64,000 nt of DNA from Zancudomyces culisetae HAW-14-8 (taxonomy: Eukaryota > Fungi > Kickxellomycota). The stretch lies in contig JBNJNM010000012.1 in the NCBI GenBank assembly GCA_052426225.1, positions 2,356,001-2,420,000 of the forward strand, given 5' to 3'. The notes under the pieces are model-generated. The model saw only the letters and a program-made list of their open reading frames with translations. It did not search any database and was not told where the DNA came from. Made by a program: the position numbers and the translations under genes. Positions 10,921-22,460 of this stretch are shown piece by piece (within the stretch, counting starts at the first letter, position 1; each line of letters opens with the position of its first letter).

Positions 10921-13900
10921 ATGGAGCAGCAAGTACAACAAGCAGGGCAGGTTATGGAGCAAATACTGCAAAGCCTGTTGTCAAGCGACAATTTAATACG
11001 AACAGAGGCAGAGCGGAAGCTAAACCAAGAGTGGGCAAAACAGCAGCCAGAACAATGTTTGCAAGGGCTGGGATATGTGATGCAGCGTGCGGAGCAACCA
11101 GAGATGCGAGGGTTTGCGGCAGTGTTGCTACGTCGAATTGGGTTCAGAGAGGAGCTGCAAGGGGAGCGTGAGGGGGTTGTGTGGAATATGGTGGGAGAGG
11201 AGACCAAACATATGGTAAAAGGGATGTTGTTGGGAGCATTGGAAGGAGAGGCAAACATAGGCGTGCGACATAAGGTGAGCGATACGGTAGCAGAGGTGGT
11301 GAATTATGGGGAGGAATGGCCAGCGTTACTGGGCGGATTGATAGGGATGAGTGGATCGGGAAATGCGCAAGTGCGGGAGTCGGCATATCGGATATTCAGT
11401 GGAAGTCCACAAGTATTGTTGGGACAAGATCTGGAGTCGGTAAAGCATGCGTTTATCAATGCGTTCCAGGATAGTGAGGCAGCAGTGCGGTTGGCGGCAT
11501 TGAAGGCAGGAGTACAAGTGATGGTGGAGTCAGGGGAGGATACAGAACGAAGAAAGCTGGAAGGGATGATTCCAGCGATGCTTGGAGTGGTGGAGAAGAT
11601 GGTACGAGTACGGGATGAGGAGGGGATGGTAGATAGCTTATCGGCAATGACGGAGCTTGCGGAGGGATATGCACGGGGATTCAAGGGGGCGGTGTTGGGA
11701 GAGCTGTTGGGGCTTGCAGAGGTAGTAGGGGGCAATCGGGAGTATGAGGACGGTAGTCGGCAAGCAGCAGTGGAATTGTTGGTGACATTGGCAGAAGCAG
11801 GGCCAGGAATGTGTCGAAGACAGAAAGATTTCTGTGGGCGGTTGGTGCCGGTGATACTGGGGATGTTGGCAGAGTTGGAGGAGAGCGAGGAGTGGGGACA
11901 GTTGGAGAACATGGATGAGGAGGACGAGGAAGGAGAGGATATGGCAGGATTTGGAGAGCAGGCACTTGACCGAGTGTCATGTGCAATGGGAGGCAAGTTG
12001 TTGCTTCCAGTGGCATTCCAAGCAATCCAAGCGATGTTGGGAAGTGGGCGATGGCAGGATAGACATGCAGGGTTGATGGGGATTTCAGCGATTGGGGAGG
12101 GTAGTTACAAGATGATGAAGAATGAGTTGGGTAGTGTAGTGCAGCTGGCGTGTCAGTTTGTGAAGGATAGCCATCCACGAGTGCGATATGCAGCATGTAA
12201 TGCGTTAGGGCAATTGTCTACAGACTTTGCACCGATAATACAGGACAAGTACCATAGCGAGGTGGTGCAGCAGCTGGTAGGGGCAATGGGAGATGTGCAG
12301 AATCCACGAGTACAGGCACATGCAGCGGCAGCGATGGTGAATTTCTGTGAGGAGGCAAGCAAGTCGGTGATAGAGCCATATTTAGATGGGTTGTTTGAGC
12401 AGCTATTGATGTTGTTGCAGTCACCAAAACGATATGTACAAGAGCAAGCGATTACAACGACAGCGACAGTGGCAGATTCAGCAAAGGAGTTGTTCCGTAA
12501 ACACTATGGAGCGATAGTGCCACAGTTGTTGAATGTGTTGCAGAATGCAGAGGGGCGAGAGTACCGATTGCTGCGGGGCAAGGCGATGGAGTGTGTGACG
12601 TTTATAGCGGTGGCGGTGGAGTGGGAGCGATTTTCGGGGGATGCAGAGCAGCTGATAGCGATACTGTTAAAGATCCAGAGCGAGATTAGCGAGGATGATG
12701 ATCCACAGATATCGTATTTGTTGGCAGCGTGGGCCAGATTGTGTAAAGTGATGAAGGAGCGATTTTTGGTGTATTTGCCACAAGTGATGCCATCGTTGTT
12801 GAAGAGTGCACGGATGCAGCCAGACTTTGCAGTGGTGGATGGAGACGACGATCCAAACGAGCAGTATGCGGCAGAGGATGGGTGGGAATTTGCAAGTGTG
12901 AGCGGACAGCAGATTGGAATCCGCACATCGGCACTGGAAGAGAAGTGTACAGCGATAGAGATGTTGTTGTGCTATGCTCGCGAATTGGGCAGTGGGTTTG
13001 GACCATATGCGGTAGAAACACTGGATTTGGTGATGCCGCTATTCAATTTTTATTTCCATGAGGGAGTTCGATTTGCCAGTGCAGCGGTGGTACCGCATTG
13101 TTTGGCGGCATTGGTAGGAAATGTCGATTCGGCAACAAGTGTGGCGGTGTTTGGGCGGGTGGTAGATGCATACCTCAAGGCAATGATTGGGGAGTCTGAC
13201 GATATGACGTTTGTGTCACAGTTGTTTATGACATTTAGTGAGTGTTTGATGGTAGCAGGGCCAGGGTGTTTGAATGGCGACCAACAACAACGAGTATATC
13301 AAGTAATGGTAGAATTGTTTGAAAAGGTATTGGCTAGCATTAATAGTCGCAATGGAAATAAATCAGCAGCAGCAGCAGCACAAGGACAAGGACAAGGACA
13401 AGGAGGTAATGAAGATGAGGAGGCTGATGTTGATGTTGAGGTAGATGATGAGATGGTGTTGGCAGAAAACGAGGCAATGGATTCAATTTCCAAATGTATT
13501 CGAACAATTGTCAAATTGCATCCAGGCTTTGTTCCTTATATTGACTCGCTGTTTCCTTACTTTATGCAGTTCTCAAATGATTCAACAGGGTATGGATTGC
13601 AGTGGAGTTTGTGTGTATATGATGACTTGATTGAGATGATGGGACCTTTGTCGTTTAAATACGCTCCTTCTACTTTCTTCCCAATCTTTTCTACTGGTAT
13701 ATCCGCCATTCCAACATCTCCTGATGTCGCCCAGGCTTGTTTATACGGTGTTGGATTGATGGCACAGTATGGAGGGCAAGAGTATTATCCAGCGATTGTT
13801 TCTCAATTCCTGCCTGCTATAAAATCCATTCTTCTTCACCATCTTTCTCAAAAGAAGGCTCCTGCTGCCAATGTCGAAGATGAAGAAGGTTATATTTTTG

Positions 13901-14403
13901 CTATTGAAAACGCTACGTCTTCATTACTCAAAATTGTCCTTAATCTGCACGATTACTTGGTTTCTTCCAACATTTCCGTTCCTGATTTGCTTCTTTTGTG
14001 GTTCAATTCTATGCCTATCTTGCAAGACGATGAAGAAGCCACTCTTAACTACCAATTCTTGCTTTCTCTTCTCACCTCATCCTCATCCTCACCCTCATCC
14101 CCTTCCCCTTCCTCTTTGAGTTTTACTTCACAAATTGCTTCTAAATATCCTCTTGCATCTCTCCTCTCCCTAATTCCAAACAATCCTACTCCCGCTGCTA
14201 TTGATTCTCTAGTCCATCTTTCTACCATGGTTGTAGATTCTCTAGTTCTCGACTTTTTGCCTCGTGACTTGGGTTCTCAGCTACTGGCTGGACTCAACTC
14301 TTTTATTTCTTCTTATTCATCATCTCAAGATGTAAAGTCTCAAGTTTGGAGTCGTATTCCTCTTGACAAACAACTATCTCTTCATAAACTTGGCTACATT
14401 TAA
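10921..14403 (+). CDS. PSE1: Importin beta-3 / karyopherin Kap121 (IPO5 orthologue)
   Basis: HEAT-repeat importin motifs LLSSDNLIRTEAE, WQDRHAGLMGISAIGEG, HPRVRYAACNALGQLSTDFAP, RVQAHAAAAMVNFCE, IGIRTSALEEK and FYFHEGVR. Confidence 0.95.
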   Translation: MEQQVQQAGQVMEQILQSLLSSDNLIRTEAERKLNQEWAKQQPEQCLQGLGYVMQRAEQPEMRGFAAVLLRRIGFREELQGEREGVVWNMVGEETKHMVKGMLLGALEGEANIGVRHKVSDTVAEVVNYGEEWPALLGGLIGMSGSGNAQVRESAYRIFSGSPQVLLGQDLESVKHAFINAFQDSEAAVRLAALKAGVQVMVESGEDTERRKLEGMIPAMLGVVEKMVRVRDEEGMVDSLSAMTELAEGYARGFKGAVLGELLGLAEVVGGNREYEDGSRQAAVELLVTLAEAGPGMCRRQKDFCGRLVPVILGMLAELEESEEWGQLENMDEEDEEGEDMAGFGEQALDRVSCAMGGKLLLPVAFQAIQAMLGSGRWQDRHAGLMGISAIGEGSYKMMKNELGSVVQLACQFVKDSHPRVRYAACNALGQLSTDFAPIIQDKYHSEVVQQLVGAMGDVQNPRVQAHAAAAMVNFCEEASKSVIEPYLDGLFEQLLMLLQSPKRYVQEQAITTTATVADSAKELFRKHYGAIVPQLLNVLQNAEGREYRLLRGKAMECVTFIAVAVEWERFSGDAEQLIAILLKIQSEISEDDDPQISYLLAAWARLCKVMKERFLVYLPQVMPSLLKSARMQPDFAVVDGDDDPNEQYAAEDGWEFASVSGQQIGIRTSALEEKCTAIEMLLCYARELGSGFGPYAVETLDLVMPLFNFYFHEGVRFASAAVVPHCLAALVGNVDSATSVAVFGRVVDAYLKAMIGESDDMTFVSQLFMTFSECLMVAGPGCLNGDQQQRVYQVMVELFEKVLASINSRNGNKSAAAAAQGQGQGQGGNEDEEADVDVEVDDEMVLAENEAMDSISKCIRTIVKLHPGFVPYIDSLFPYFMQFSNDSTGYGLQWSLCVYDDLIEMMGPLSFKYAPSTFFPIFSTGISAIPTSPDVAQACLYGVGLMAQYGGQEYYPAIVSQFLPAIKSILLHHLSQKKAPAANVEDEEGYIFAIENATSSLLKIVLNLHDYLVSSNISVPDLLLLWFNSMPILQDDEEATLNYQFLLSLLTSSSSSPSSPSPSSLSFTSQIASKYPLASLLSLIPNNPTPAAIDSLVHLSTMVVDSLVLDFLPRDLGSQLLAGLNSFISSYSSSQDVKSQVWSRIPLDKQLSLHKLGYI

Positions 14404-15107
14404 TTGTTTCTTTCCTCTCTATCTCTCTCTCTTTTCCACTTAATTTTTATTATTATTTAGATTTTAAATACTATAATATAATATAATATAATATACTATA
14501 ATTATTTTACATGAAATTGTTATTTTTCTATTGGATTACATGGAATATACCAGTAATAAGAATAAGAATAATAATAAAATTTGATAAATTAATTAATTAA
14601 TTAATTGATTGATATCTTTTTATTTAATTCATATATATGTATAATTTATGCAATTAATACAAGTAACCCTTATTTTTATTTTTATTTTTATTTTGTTTTG
14701 TTTTGTTTCCATATTTAAATGTTTTTTGACTTTTTATTTTTATTCACTAGGTTATTACTTGAAAATAAAAAATAAAAAAATTAAAATAAAAGAATTAATA
14801 TATGAATATAATTATACAAAAAAAAATTTTTTTATTGAATAATAATAAAAATAAAGAATTTACTTTTAATCACGTAAAATGCAAGGAATTAACATTAATC
14901 ATGGTCTATTTATACCATACTAATTATTAAACACATGTTACAATACAAGAAATAAAAAAATTAAAAAAAATAAAATTGAATAAAATGTATTAACTTGAAA
15001 AATAATAATAACAATAATATATATATATAAATAATAAAATATAAAGACAAAGACAAAGGAATATTGATAGATGAACAAGTAAAAAAAAATAAAAGGGACT
15101 CGGCGAA

Positions 15108-18100
15108 ATGAACAATAATAGTAAACTTAATTATAAACCAAAACTCAAACATAGGGAGCAGCGGTACAGCAAATACTTTGAACAACCACCTACCTTCATC
15201 CCCACAGGGGTTTCCGAACCCAATTCTTCCGACAATCTAGGTTCAAGTCTCAATGTAAATTTAAATTTAAATGTAAATGTAAACGGAAATTCAAACGAAC
15301 AAACAACAATGAATACGATGGATAGATCTGAAGTTTCAAACAATCATGTCGAGCAAAAAACCACAATGGATTTTTTTAATCAAAACAACACAATCAATCA
15401 ACTCGAGTTTAGTAGTACCAGTGGTCTTGAAAAAAAGAGTGAGTACTTGGAAACTGATCATTTACAAGATGTCTTTGAATTGGCAAAGAGCATAGCTGAC
15501 GGATTAGTTGTTGCACCTGAACAACAACAACAACAAAAAAAGCAACAACAGCAACAAAAACAACAAAAACAACAACAGCAACAACAGCAACAACAGCAAC
15601 AACAGCAACAACAGCAACTACAGGATAGTACCCAAGATAGATTAGAAACCAATGTCGGTGTAAGTACATCTAGCCATGGTACAGTAAGTAATAAACGGTC
15701 TTCTGTTAGTGCGCTCTTTTCCATGGCAGTTGAGCAAGATGAAGAGATTAATGACGAGCTGGCGCTTATGCAACGTAAATTGCGGTTATTAAAGTACCAG
15801 ATCTCAACACAGTCCAAAGCCAATTTCCTACTGGAACGTGATGTACGGTTTCTTGATAACCGAATTGCTTTATTGATTCAAAATCGAATGGCGGCTGAGG
15901 ATGTAAAGGTAAGTTTAAAGTGAATGATAAAATTAGACAATATTAAATTAAATTATTGATTATAATAAAATAAAATAAATGTATAATAAAATAAATGTAT
16001 AATAGGATTTGGCTTCACATCTAGAATATTCAGGAGCAAATGCTGGGAATGTAGCAAATACACGACCTAAACATAAAGTTCCCGACGAATCCACACTCAA
16101 CAAATACGGAAACCTGTTTTTCTTGTTACAAACCGAACCAATATATATAGCCAAGTTATTACTTCATGTATCGATATCAGAAATCGATACATTACTGCAG
16201 ACGGTGATGTTTACATTATACGGCAACCAGTACGAATCGCGAGAGGAGAATTTGTTGCTAGCAATGTTTCAAATGGTGCTAGCGGCACAGTTTGAGACGG
16301 CGTCAGATTCATCGAGTTTGTTACGAGCAAACACGCCGATTCTGCGGCTTATGACGACATATACACGGCGAGGACCGGGACAGGCGTATCTCAAGGCAGT
16401 GGTAGCACCAGAAATCAACCATATTATTGAAGTATACAGTACGATTGATCTGGAAATCAATCCACTGATGGTACAGGATGAACTGGCCAGCCGCAGTGGC
16501 GGAGATGAAAAAGTACAGGTGTCAGAAGAAGCATTGATGGCGGTGATTCGGCCGCGGGTGGTTAAACTAACGACGCTGGCGGGGCGTATGATAGATGCAA
16601 TAATCAACAATCTTGACAAGACACCATATGGTATCCGGTGGATCTGCAAACAAATCCGGTCGCTGATGCGGCGGCGGTTTCCAGCATCAGGCGAGCGGGC
16701 AGTGTCGTCGTTGATAGGAGCGTTCTTTTTCTTGCGGTTTATCAATCCAGTGATAGTTACACCGCAAGCATACATGCTGGTGACTAGCGATCCAACCAAG
16801 TATCCACGGCGGGCACTGACGCTGGTGGCCAAGCTGGTGCAGAACCTGGCCAACCAGGCGACGTATTCAAAGGAAGCATACATGGCTGAGTGTCGGCCGT
16901 TTGTCGATGCCAATGCCGACCGCGTCAACAAGTTTCTGGACGAGCTGTGTGAAGTCACTGATTTCTACGACTCGCTGGAAATGGACCAGTACCTTGCTCT
17001 GACCAAAAAACGCATTACCTTGTCCATTACCCTGAACGAAGTCTTTTCAACCCATGCGCTGCTGCGTGACCGGATCGACGTGCTTGCTCCCGAACCCACG
17101 TCGCGGCTACGGCTGCTGCTCGACGATCTGGGCACGCCGCCGCCGCTGGTCAGCCGGAGCGAGAATGCCGCCGTCGAGCTCAATCTGTATTCGATCTGGG
17201 AAACCCCCATCCATGCTGCCGGGCTCGATGCCATTTCTGCCGGCAGTGTTGGCCAGGACGATTTGTCCATGCACGATATTATGTACATGCAGGCCAAGTC
17301 GCTTCTGGTCCAGATCCTGCGCAACATGCCGCAGCTCGGTGCTGTCGCTGCCGATGGAACCCGCCTGCTGCCCTCGCAACTGACTGTCCGCCGTACCACA
17401 TATGGCAGTCTTGATCTGTCTTATATTGCCCAGCAGGCTGCTCTTTCGCGCGACTCGTTGCTTGTGCGTAACGGCATCAAGGCTCGTGACTTGCTGAGTG
17501 AGCTGGAAGCTGCCAACATCATTACGACGGCTGATGGATACGCAACCTTATCCAACGAAGTTTGTATGGAGCTTGATCATTTGGGAAGTCTTCGTGATTC
17601 CTTGGCTGTTGAGTTTGAGAGTTTGACCAATGTATACAAATCCATAGTTGAGCATAACAGTTATCTGACTTCTCAACTGCAGACTTATCGGGCATATCTC
17701 GAAAATGCTCGTTTACAACTTGGTGGATTATATACTTCAACAACTAGTGGAAGTGGAAATAATAATGGTAATGGTGGAAGTGGAAATGGAAGTGGAAATG
17801 GAAATGGAAATGGAAATGATTCAAGGAATTTGAATTTATTTCAACAAGCTGTATCCTCTGCTTCTGAAAAACGGTCTCTTATTAAAAAGACTTTACCCAA
17901 TTTAGGTTTTTCATCATCATCATCTCGAAATCCTCCTCCTGCAATTACAAATACAAATAATAATAATAACATCAACTACATTGACAATAACAACAACAAC
18001 AATAACAACAACAATAATAATAATCAATGTCCTGCTTTACCCTCTCAACACTTTTCTCCTCTATCTTCTCCTAGTTCTGCATCTGTATCTGTATCTCCAC

Positions 18101-18285
18101 CTGTATCTGGTACTTATACTCCTGTTAATATCAATATTGTAACATCTCCTCTTCATAATTCTTTTTCAAAATCGAACAAGAAAAAGACCAAACCCAATAT
18201 TTCCCGTTTTTCTCTAGATCGTGAAAGAGATAAAGAAAAAGAAAAGAAACGAGTTTCGTTTGCCGAAAATCATTATTCTTCTTTC

Positions 18286-18316
<31 letters not shown>

Positions 18317-18720
18317 CATCTGAAAAACCACTTACTTCTATTTCTACTGGTCTAGGTTACACTGGTGTTGGTGGTGCTGTTACTTGTATATCCAAATACA
18401 CTCATAGCGAACTTGAAAAGTTGGGTGTTATAACAGTTTCTCAAATTCCTGAATCGCGGCGGTCCGGTTTGATTTTTAAAATTACGTGTATTGGCGCAGC
18501 ACCACATGTATCGCGTATCCAACCTGCCTTACAAACTCCTGTCAATTACACTCTCGAGTTGTGTTATAAAGGTCGTGATAAGCCTTTGTTACATATGAGT
18601 ATGAATCTGGATGATTTGTTTGAACAACAACGTGATAATGTAGAGTCTTTGGATATTGAGTATGTGCATTTAAATGTTGATAAACTTGTGTTATTATTAT
18701 TGAGTTCTACTAGTAATTAA
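15108..18720 (+). CDS. Ras GTPase-activating protein (S. pombe Gap1/Sar1-like; RasGAP plus RasGAP_C). Exons 15108-15908 and 16006-18720
   Basis: LERDVRFLDNRIALLIQNRM, MFTLYGNQYESREE, SLLRANT, TPYGIRWICKQI, FFFLRFINPVIVTP and LVAKLVQNLAN. A phase-0 GTAAGT...aatag intron at 15909-16005 joins the two ORFs in frame. Confidence 0.92.
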
Positions 18721-19019
18721 TCAATCTATTCTTTATATACTTTTAAAAAGAAACAAATGAAACAAATGAAGAAAAAAAACACATTTACTTTACTTTTTAT
18801 ATTTAAACTCGTATACTATACTATACTATACTATATTATATTATATCTTTTACTTTATGTTTTATTTATAATGAATTGCTAAAATCTTTTTCTTTTTTTG
18901 TTTAAACAAAAAAAAAAACTATACCAAACTAAAAGAATGAAAATGAAATCTGAAAGAGGAAATTGGGAAATTGGGAAATGGGGGAAATGGGAAATGGAAA
19001 AGGGGGGAAAGTGAATAAA

Positions 19020-19662
19020 TCATGAAAATATTTGGTTTTTCTTGTTCCAAATCTGTTGTACTTCACCTTGCTTATCCTTTGGTGCACCAGGAATTGTCTT
19101 TTGCCACCCAAGCGAAGTAAAGATGCATTCGTTAAATGTACGTTCCTGAGGTCTACATGATTTGTACTCTTGATTGTTGAGATCGAGACATTTCCAGTGG
19201 CTGGCAAAGGAGTCGGCACAATGTTGCTTGACCTTGTTTACTCTATCGTTTAGATTTAGATTTAGATTTAGGTTTAGATTTAGGTTTAGATTTAGGTTTA
19301 GATTTATTATATTATATTACATTTGAACATATAACAAATCCACCACAACATTAACAAGATTTAAAACAATAAAAGAAGGGGGGAGAGAGGGGAGGAACTT
19401 ACACTTCAATTCCACAATCTGTAACCTGTTTACCCTGACTCAAACATGCCTTGGGATCGTTATTATCTTGTTTGCACAACATAAAGTCGTCCGTCTTATC
19501 TTTACACACTGCGCCGAGGAAAAAGGCGACGGATTTCAATGGTGCGCTGGTCAAGCCAAGTTCCGGGGTGTTGGGGTCGATATGTGGATCGTCTGCCGGT
19601 AGTGGTGTTGGATCGACCCATTCGGTTGCGGGCATGTATGAATTTCTTCGTGTCGATGCCAT
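19020..19662 (-). CDS. NDUFA8: Complex I accessory subunit NDUFA8 (20.8 kDa, CX9C). Exons 19662-19403 and 19242-19020
   Basis: ELGLTSAPLKSVAFFLGAVC-x9-C...DPKAC-x9-C. Exon 2 reads VNKVKQHCADSFASHWKCLDLNNQEYKSCRPQERTFNECIF, giving four CX9C pairs. Phase-2 GT-AG intron. Confidence 0.92.
19249..19306. repeat. (TTTAGA/TTTAGG)n hexamer microsatellite in the NDUFA8 intron
   Basis: About nine tandem TTTAGR units read directly. Confidence 0.8.
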
Positions 19663-19988
19663 TTTTATCTTTTACCTTTTTCCTTTATTTTATTTTATTT
19701 TATTATTGTTATTATTATTAATATAGTTTTTCTTTATAAACTTTTGCAACTTTGATAACTTGATAAAATTGTACTAGAATTTTTATTTTATTTTTTTGTT
19801 TGATGTTTCTTTTTTCTTTATTTGTTTTATTTTTTTTTTGTTTTTAGATTGTGTTTGAATTATTTAATTTTATTTTTTTAAATTTTGCAAAATAAAAATT
19901 TATCCTTATTCCATCATCCTCCCTATACTCTCTTGCCACCTTGATTATCTTTCCCCATAACATATATATCGTACCAACTCGACACTCC

Positions 19989-19994
19989 TATAAA
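19989..19994 (+). promoter_or_regulatory. TATA box of the tRNA-Sec gene
   Basis: TATAAA located 26-31 nt upstream of the tRNA 5' G at 20020, as in TATA-dependent eukaryotic tRNA-Sec promoters. Confidence 0.65.
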
Positions 19995-20019
19995 TTGCCA
20001 ATTTCAACAAAGCATCTTT

Positions 20020-20108
20020 GCACTGATGAGATCGATCGGTTTATCGGTGGCAGGCTTCAAACCTGTCGGTCGTTAATTCGGCAGTGGTTCGACTCCACCT
20101 TCGGTGCG
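20020..20108 (+). tRNA. tRNA-Sec (selenocysteine tRNA, anticodon TCA at 20057-20059)
   Basis: Folds by hand into a 9-bp acceptor stem GCACTGATG/CTTCGGTGC (one U-U, one G-U), a 6-bp D stem ATCGAT/ATCGGT, a 6-bp anticodon stem GGCAGG/CCTGTC with loop CTTCAAA, a variable arm GTCG-TTAATT-CGGC, and a 4-bp T stem GTGG/CCAC with loop TTCGACT. Discriminator base is G. GCAGGCTTCAAACCTGT matches the vertebrate tRNA-Sec anticodon arm as I recall it. Confidence 0.96.
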
Positions 20109-20115
20109 TTTTTTT
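20109..20115 (+). terminator. RNA polymerase III oligo-T terminator of tRNA-Sec
   Basis: A T7 run immediately follows the discriminator base. Confidence 0.85.
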
Positions 20116-20534
20116 CCTCCCCATCCTCACCTCTTAAAGCTTCATTAACATTATTCCATCGTTTTTTGTTGCTCTTTTTTAATTATTGAAATATTTTCGA
20201 TTCAATTTTCTGTTTTTAAACAAGATGAAAATGAAAATGATATTTATGCGTATGAAATTAGTACTTTATAATTTTGGCTTGTTTTAAAAATTGGAAATAA
20301 TCGACAACAAAGCCTGATATAATCAAACTTGCACTTTAATAATACATCTTTATTTTCATATATCTACAAATCAAGTCAAATCTAGTCAATTCCATTCACC
20401 ATATTCTTTTTTTTTAAATTTTTTCTTCTTGTATTCTCAAACTACTATTATACTAGAAAAGAAAAGGAAAGGAAAGGAAAGATAAATATAATACAATAAA
20501 AATAAAAAGAATCGAGTTGAATTGAATTGAATAA

Positions 20535-22407
20535 ATGAATTTTAATTTACGACCCCCGGGGCAACCTCAACCTCAATCTCAACAACAACCTCAACAATCT
20601 TCGAATCCTCCAAATCCTTCGAATCCTCCTCACATGCTATTCAATATGGGAAGACCTGGTGGTCCCCCAGTAATCCAAAATAATGCTGGAATGCTCCGTC
20701 CTCCTTCTTCCATTCCACCAGGCCAACCCCCACTTTCATATCCACACCCACACCCACACCCACATCCACTTCCGCGTCCCCATTCGATGCCACATCCAAT
20801 TCCAATTCCACATCCACATGCGCACCCAATTCCACATGCACACCCACACCCACACCCAATTCCTGCTCCACACCCTATCCTCCACTCTCCCGTACCACCC
20901 CTAGAAACGACACCCGTATCCCTGTTTGTCGGTGGAATCCCCCAAGGTATTCCCGATGAATTTATCACCTCGCTACTCAGTGCCTGTGGCGAATTAAAGA
21001 GCTGGAAACGAATGGTCGATGCCAACGGTACACCCAAAGGCTTTGGTTTCTGCGAGTACACATCGCTAAATAATACTCTTAGAGCCCTCCGTGTCTTGGC
21101 CGGCGGAATTGGCAGTGATTCTCCAAAGATCCTACTTACCTCACCCCAAGATGATTGTAAGTCCTCTCCTTCTCCCTCGTTCTCCTCCTCTTCTTTCCTT
21201 TTTTTTATGTTTATCTAATTGTATAATTATCTGTGTGTATAGCTACTTCACGAGAAAAAAAGGCATTGATGGTGAAAGCCGATGATAACGCCCAGTTGAT
21301 TCTCAACAATTACCTGAGACTGAAACCAGTTACCAATGTAAGTTTAGCCCTAACACACCATACACATACATATTCCTCCCTCTCTTTATTTTTTTTTTGT
21401 TTTGTTTACTCTATTTATACACAAATTTGTAATAATAGGACGATATAGAAAAAGATAAACAAGCAGAAACACAAGTAAAAACTCTGGTTCAATCATTAAC
21501 AAACGATGATGGGTCCGCCCCAGAAACCGGTTCGGCCAGCCAACTTACTGCGCGACAAAACTCCGACATAGAGCGCCAGAAACAACTGGCTGAAGAAGAA
21601 AAGCGCGAAGAGCGGTACGAAGAACGACGGAAATTAGATAACCTCGACGAATTCAAGCGCTTTGAACGCCGCCATCTCGACGACGAAGCCGAATTGCACC
21701 GCCGGCTAGACCGGCTGCTCAAGCGCGAGGCCGACTACGCCGAAACACGGCCTGCCCGCGCACGCGAAATGGACGAGCGTCTGGCCGCGTGGGATGACGC
21801 CGATGTCGAGCGGGCGGGATCTGAAGAGTACTACCGCAACCGCGAACGTTGGTGGCGCCGCCGACAGTATGTACTCGAGCGTGAGCAACAGGCAGATGAT
21901 AAGGACCGCAGTGAGGAGGCACGCGAGATGCAGGCTGTGCTTGAGGAGGAACGCCGAGCGGCACAGGTGCGGGAACGTAAATTGAAGATGCAGCAGCTTG
22001 TGGAGAGCATTCCGGTTGAACCCGACCAGTTGTTTTCGTATCCAATCAAGTGGAACAATCTGAACGATACGATTTTGGATTCCAAAATCAAACCAGTAGT
22101 GATTAGCAAGTTAAACGAGTATATTGGATTATCATCTGATAATGCTGAAGGAAACACAAACAACAAATCTAGTAATAACGGAAGTGGTGGAAATGAGAAT
22201 GAAAAGCAAAACGAAAATAAAGACGCAGAAAACGAAGAATTGTTGGAAATGGCTGACTTTGTCATTTCCCAACTCAAATCCCATGTTAAACCTGCCGACC
22301 TCGTCAGTGAGCTGGAAATGGTTTTGGATGAAGAAACCAAAATATTTGTAGCCAGACTATGGCGCGTATTGGCATTTGAAACCGAAGCTGTTGACTTGCT
22401 TTCCTGA
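20535..22407 (+). CDS. SNU71: RBM25/Snu71-like U1 snRNP protein (RRM, charged coiled coil, PWI). Exons 20535-21156, 21243-21337 and 21439-22407
   Basis: RRM LFVGGIP...CGELKSWKRMVDANGTPKGFGFCEY; WDD motif; PWI domain IPVEPDQLFSYPIKW...LEMVLDEETKIFVARLWRVLAFE. Two GT-AG introns preserve the frame. N-terminal (PH)n repeat. Confidence 0.88.
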
Positions 22408-22460
22408 TAATACTGAGTCAACTCCTGTTTCTCCTTCTCTACTTTTTTGTTTTTTTTTTT

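Noticed and set aside
11144-13514. Long antisense ORFs overlapping PSE1, and similar ones over RasGAP, SCC2, AKR1, GCD2 and RPN6
   Set aside because: Shadow ORFs caused by codon bias and skew; low-complexity translations with no family motifs.
19249-19306. Telomere-like TTTAGG units
   Set aside because: Short, mixed with TTTAGA and intronic; resembles the other hexamer microsatellites in the window.
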